DNA from: Lama guanicoe | Taxonomy: Eukaryota | Assembly: GCA_013239625.1 (NCBI GenBank) | Contig: MU053557.1 | Coordinates: 1,371,063 to 1,435,062 of the forward strand | DNA length: 64,000 nt | Direction: 5' to 3' | Shown: positions 63,717 to 64,000 of the stretch, piece after piece | Layout: each line of letters starts with the position of its first letter | Position numbering within the stretch: the stretch's first letter is position 1 | Translations under genes and position numbers: made by a program | The notes under the pieces: model-generated | Database searches by the model: none | The model's input: only the letters and a program-made list of their open reading frames with translations | Told to the model about the DNA's origin: nothing

Positions 63717-64000
63717 CTGACTGAAGTAGTTGATCCTCAGTCGTGACTATAGATCTGCCTTTCCTGGTGGTAGTTTTCCTTTCCTATAGGTTTTTACTTC
63801 TTTTCCATTTAGAGAATACCTTTCAACATTTCTTGTAACGTACATTTAGCAAACAGTATTGATGAACTATTTTAGGTTTTTTTCTTGTCTGAGTTGTTCT
63901 TTCTTCTTCTCTTCTAAATGATATAATCTTTTGTGCAGAGTATCTTAGGTTGGGATTTTTTCCCTTTGAGCATTTAGAATGTATCATGCTGGTCCTTCCT
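63717..64000 (-). mobile_element. L1 ORF1 end and inter-ORF fragment (runs off the window)
   Basis: cctttcaacatttcttgtaa..gatgaactatttag..agagtatcttaggttg..ccctttgagcattt is antisense ORF1 3' region. Confidence 0.75.

Noticed and set aside
1..64000. Prokaryote-style systems (CRISPR array, operon, defence island), tRNA or rRNA genes
   Set aside because: No regularly spaced repeats, no gene-dense coding and no RNA gene signatures; the sequence is mammalian repeat-rich DNA.

Overview
Mammalian (eutherian) non-coding genomic DNA, AT-rich and dominated by interspersed repeats: LINE-1 of several ages, L2, MIR, MaLR/ERVL/ERV1 solo LTRs, a Tigger2 transposon and hAT MITEs. The young L1 3' ends are cetartiodactyl-type and I saw no ruminant, pig or cetacean SINEs, so a camelid source fits best (inference only). 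I found no intact protein-coding gene, RNA gene or CRISPR array. Track ORFs are decayed L1 or Tigger pieces, simple repeats or chance frames. The one host-gene-derived element is a 5'-truncated, polyadenylated NDC80 retrocopy (29250-29760, minus strand). It sits exactly at the junction between a truncated Tigger2 and the 5' end of a near-full-length L1. Other oddities are a twin-primed L1 carrying a nested mini-L1, an internally deleted ORF1-type L1 with a 28-bp self-templated patch, and local AT-to-GC-shifted patches. I see no evidence for a novel multi-gene system. Repeat subfamily names come from recalled consensus sequences and boundaries are approximate.
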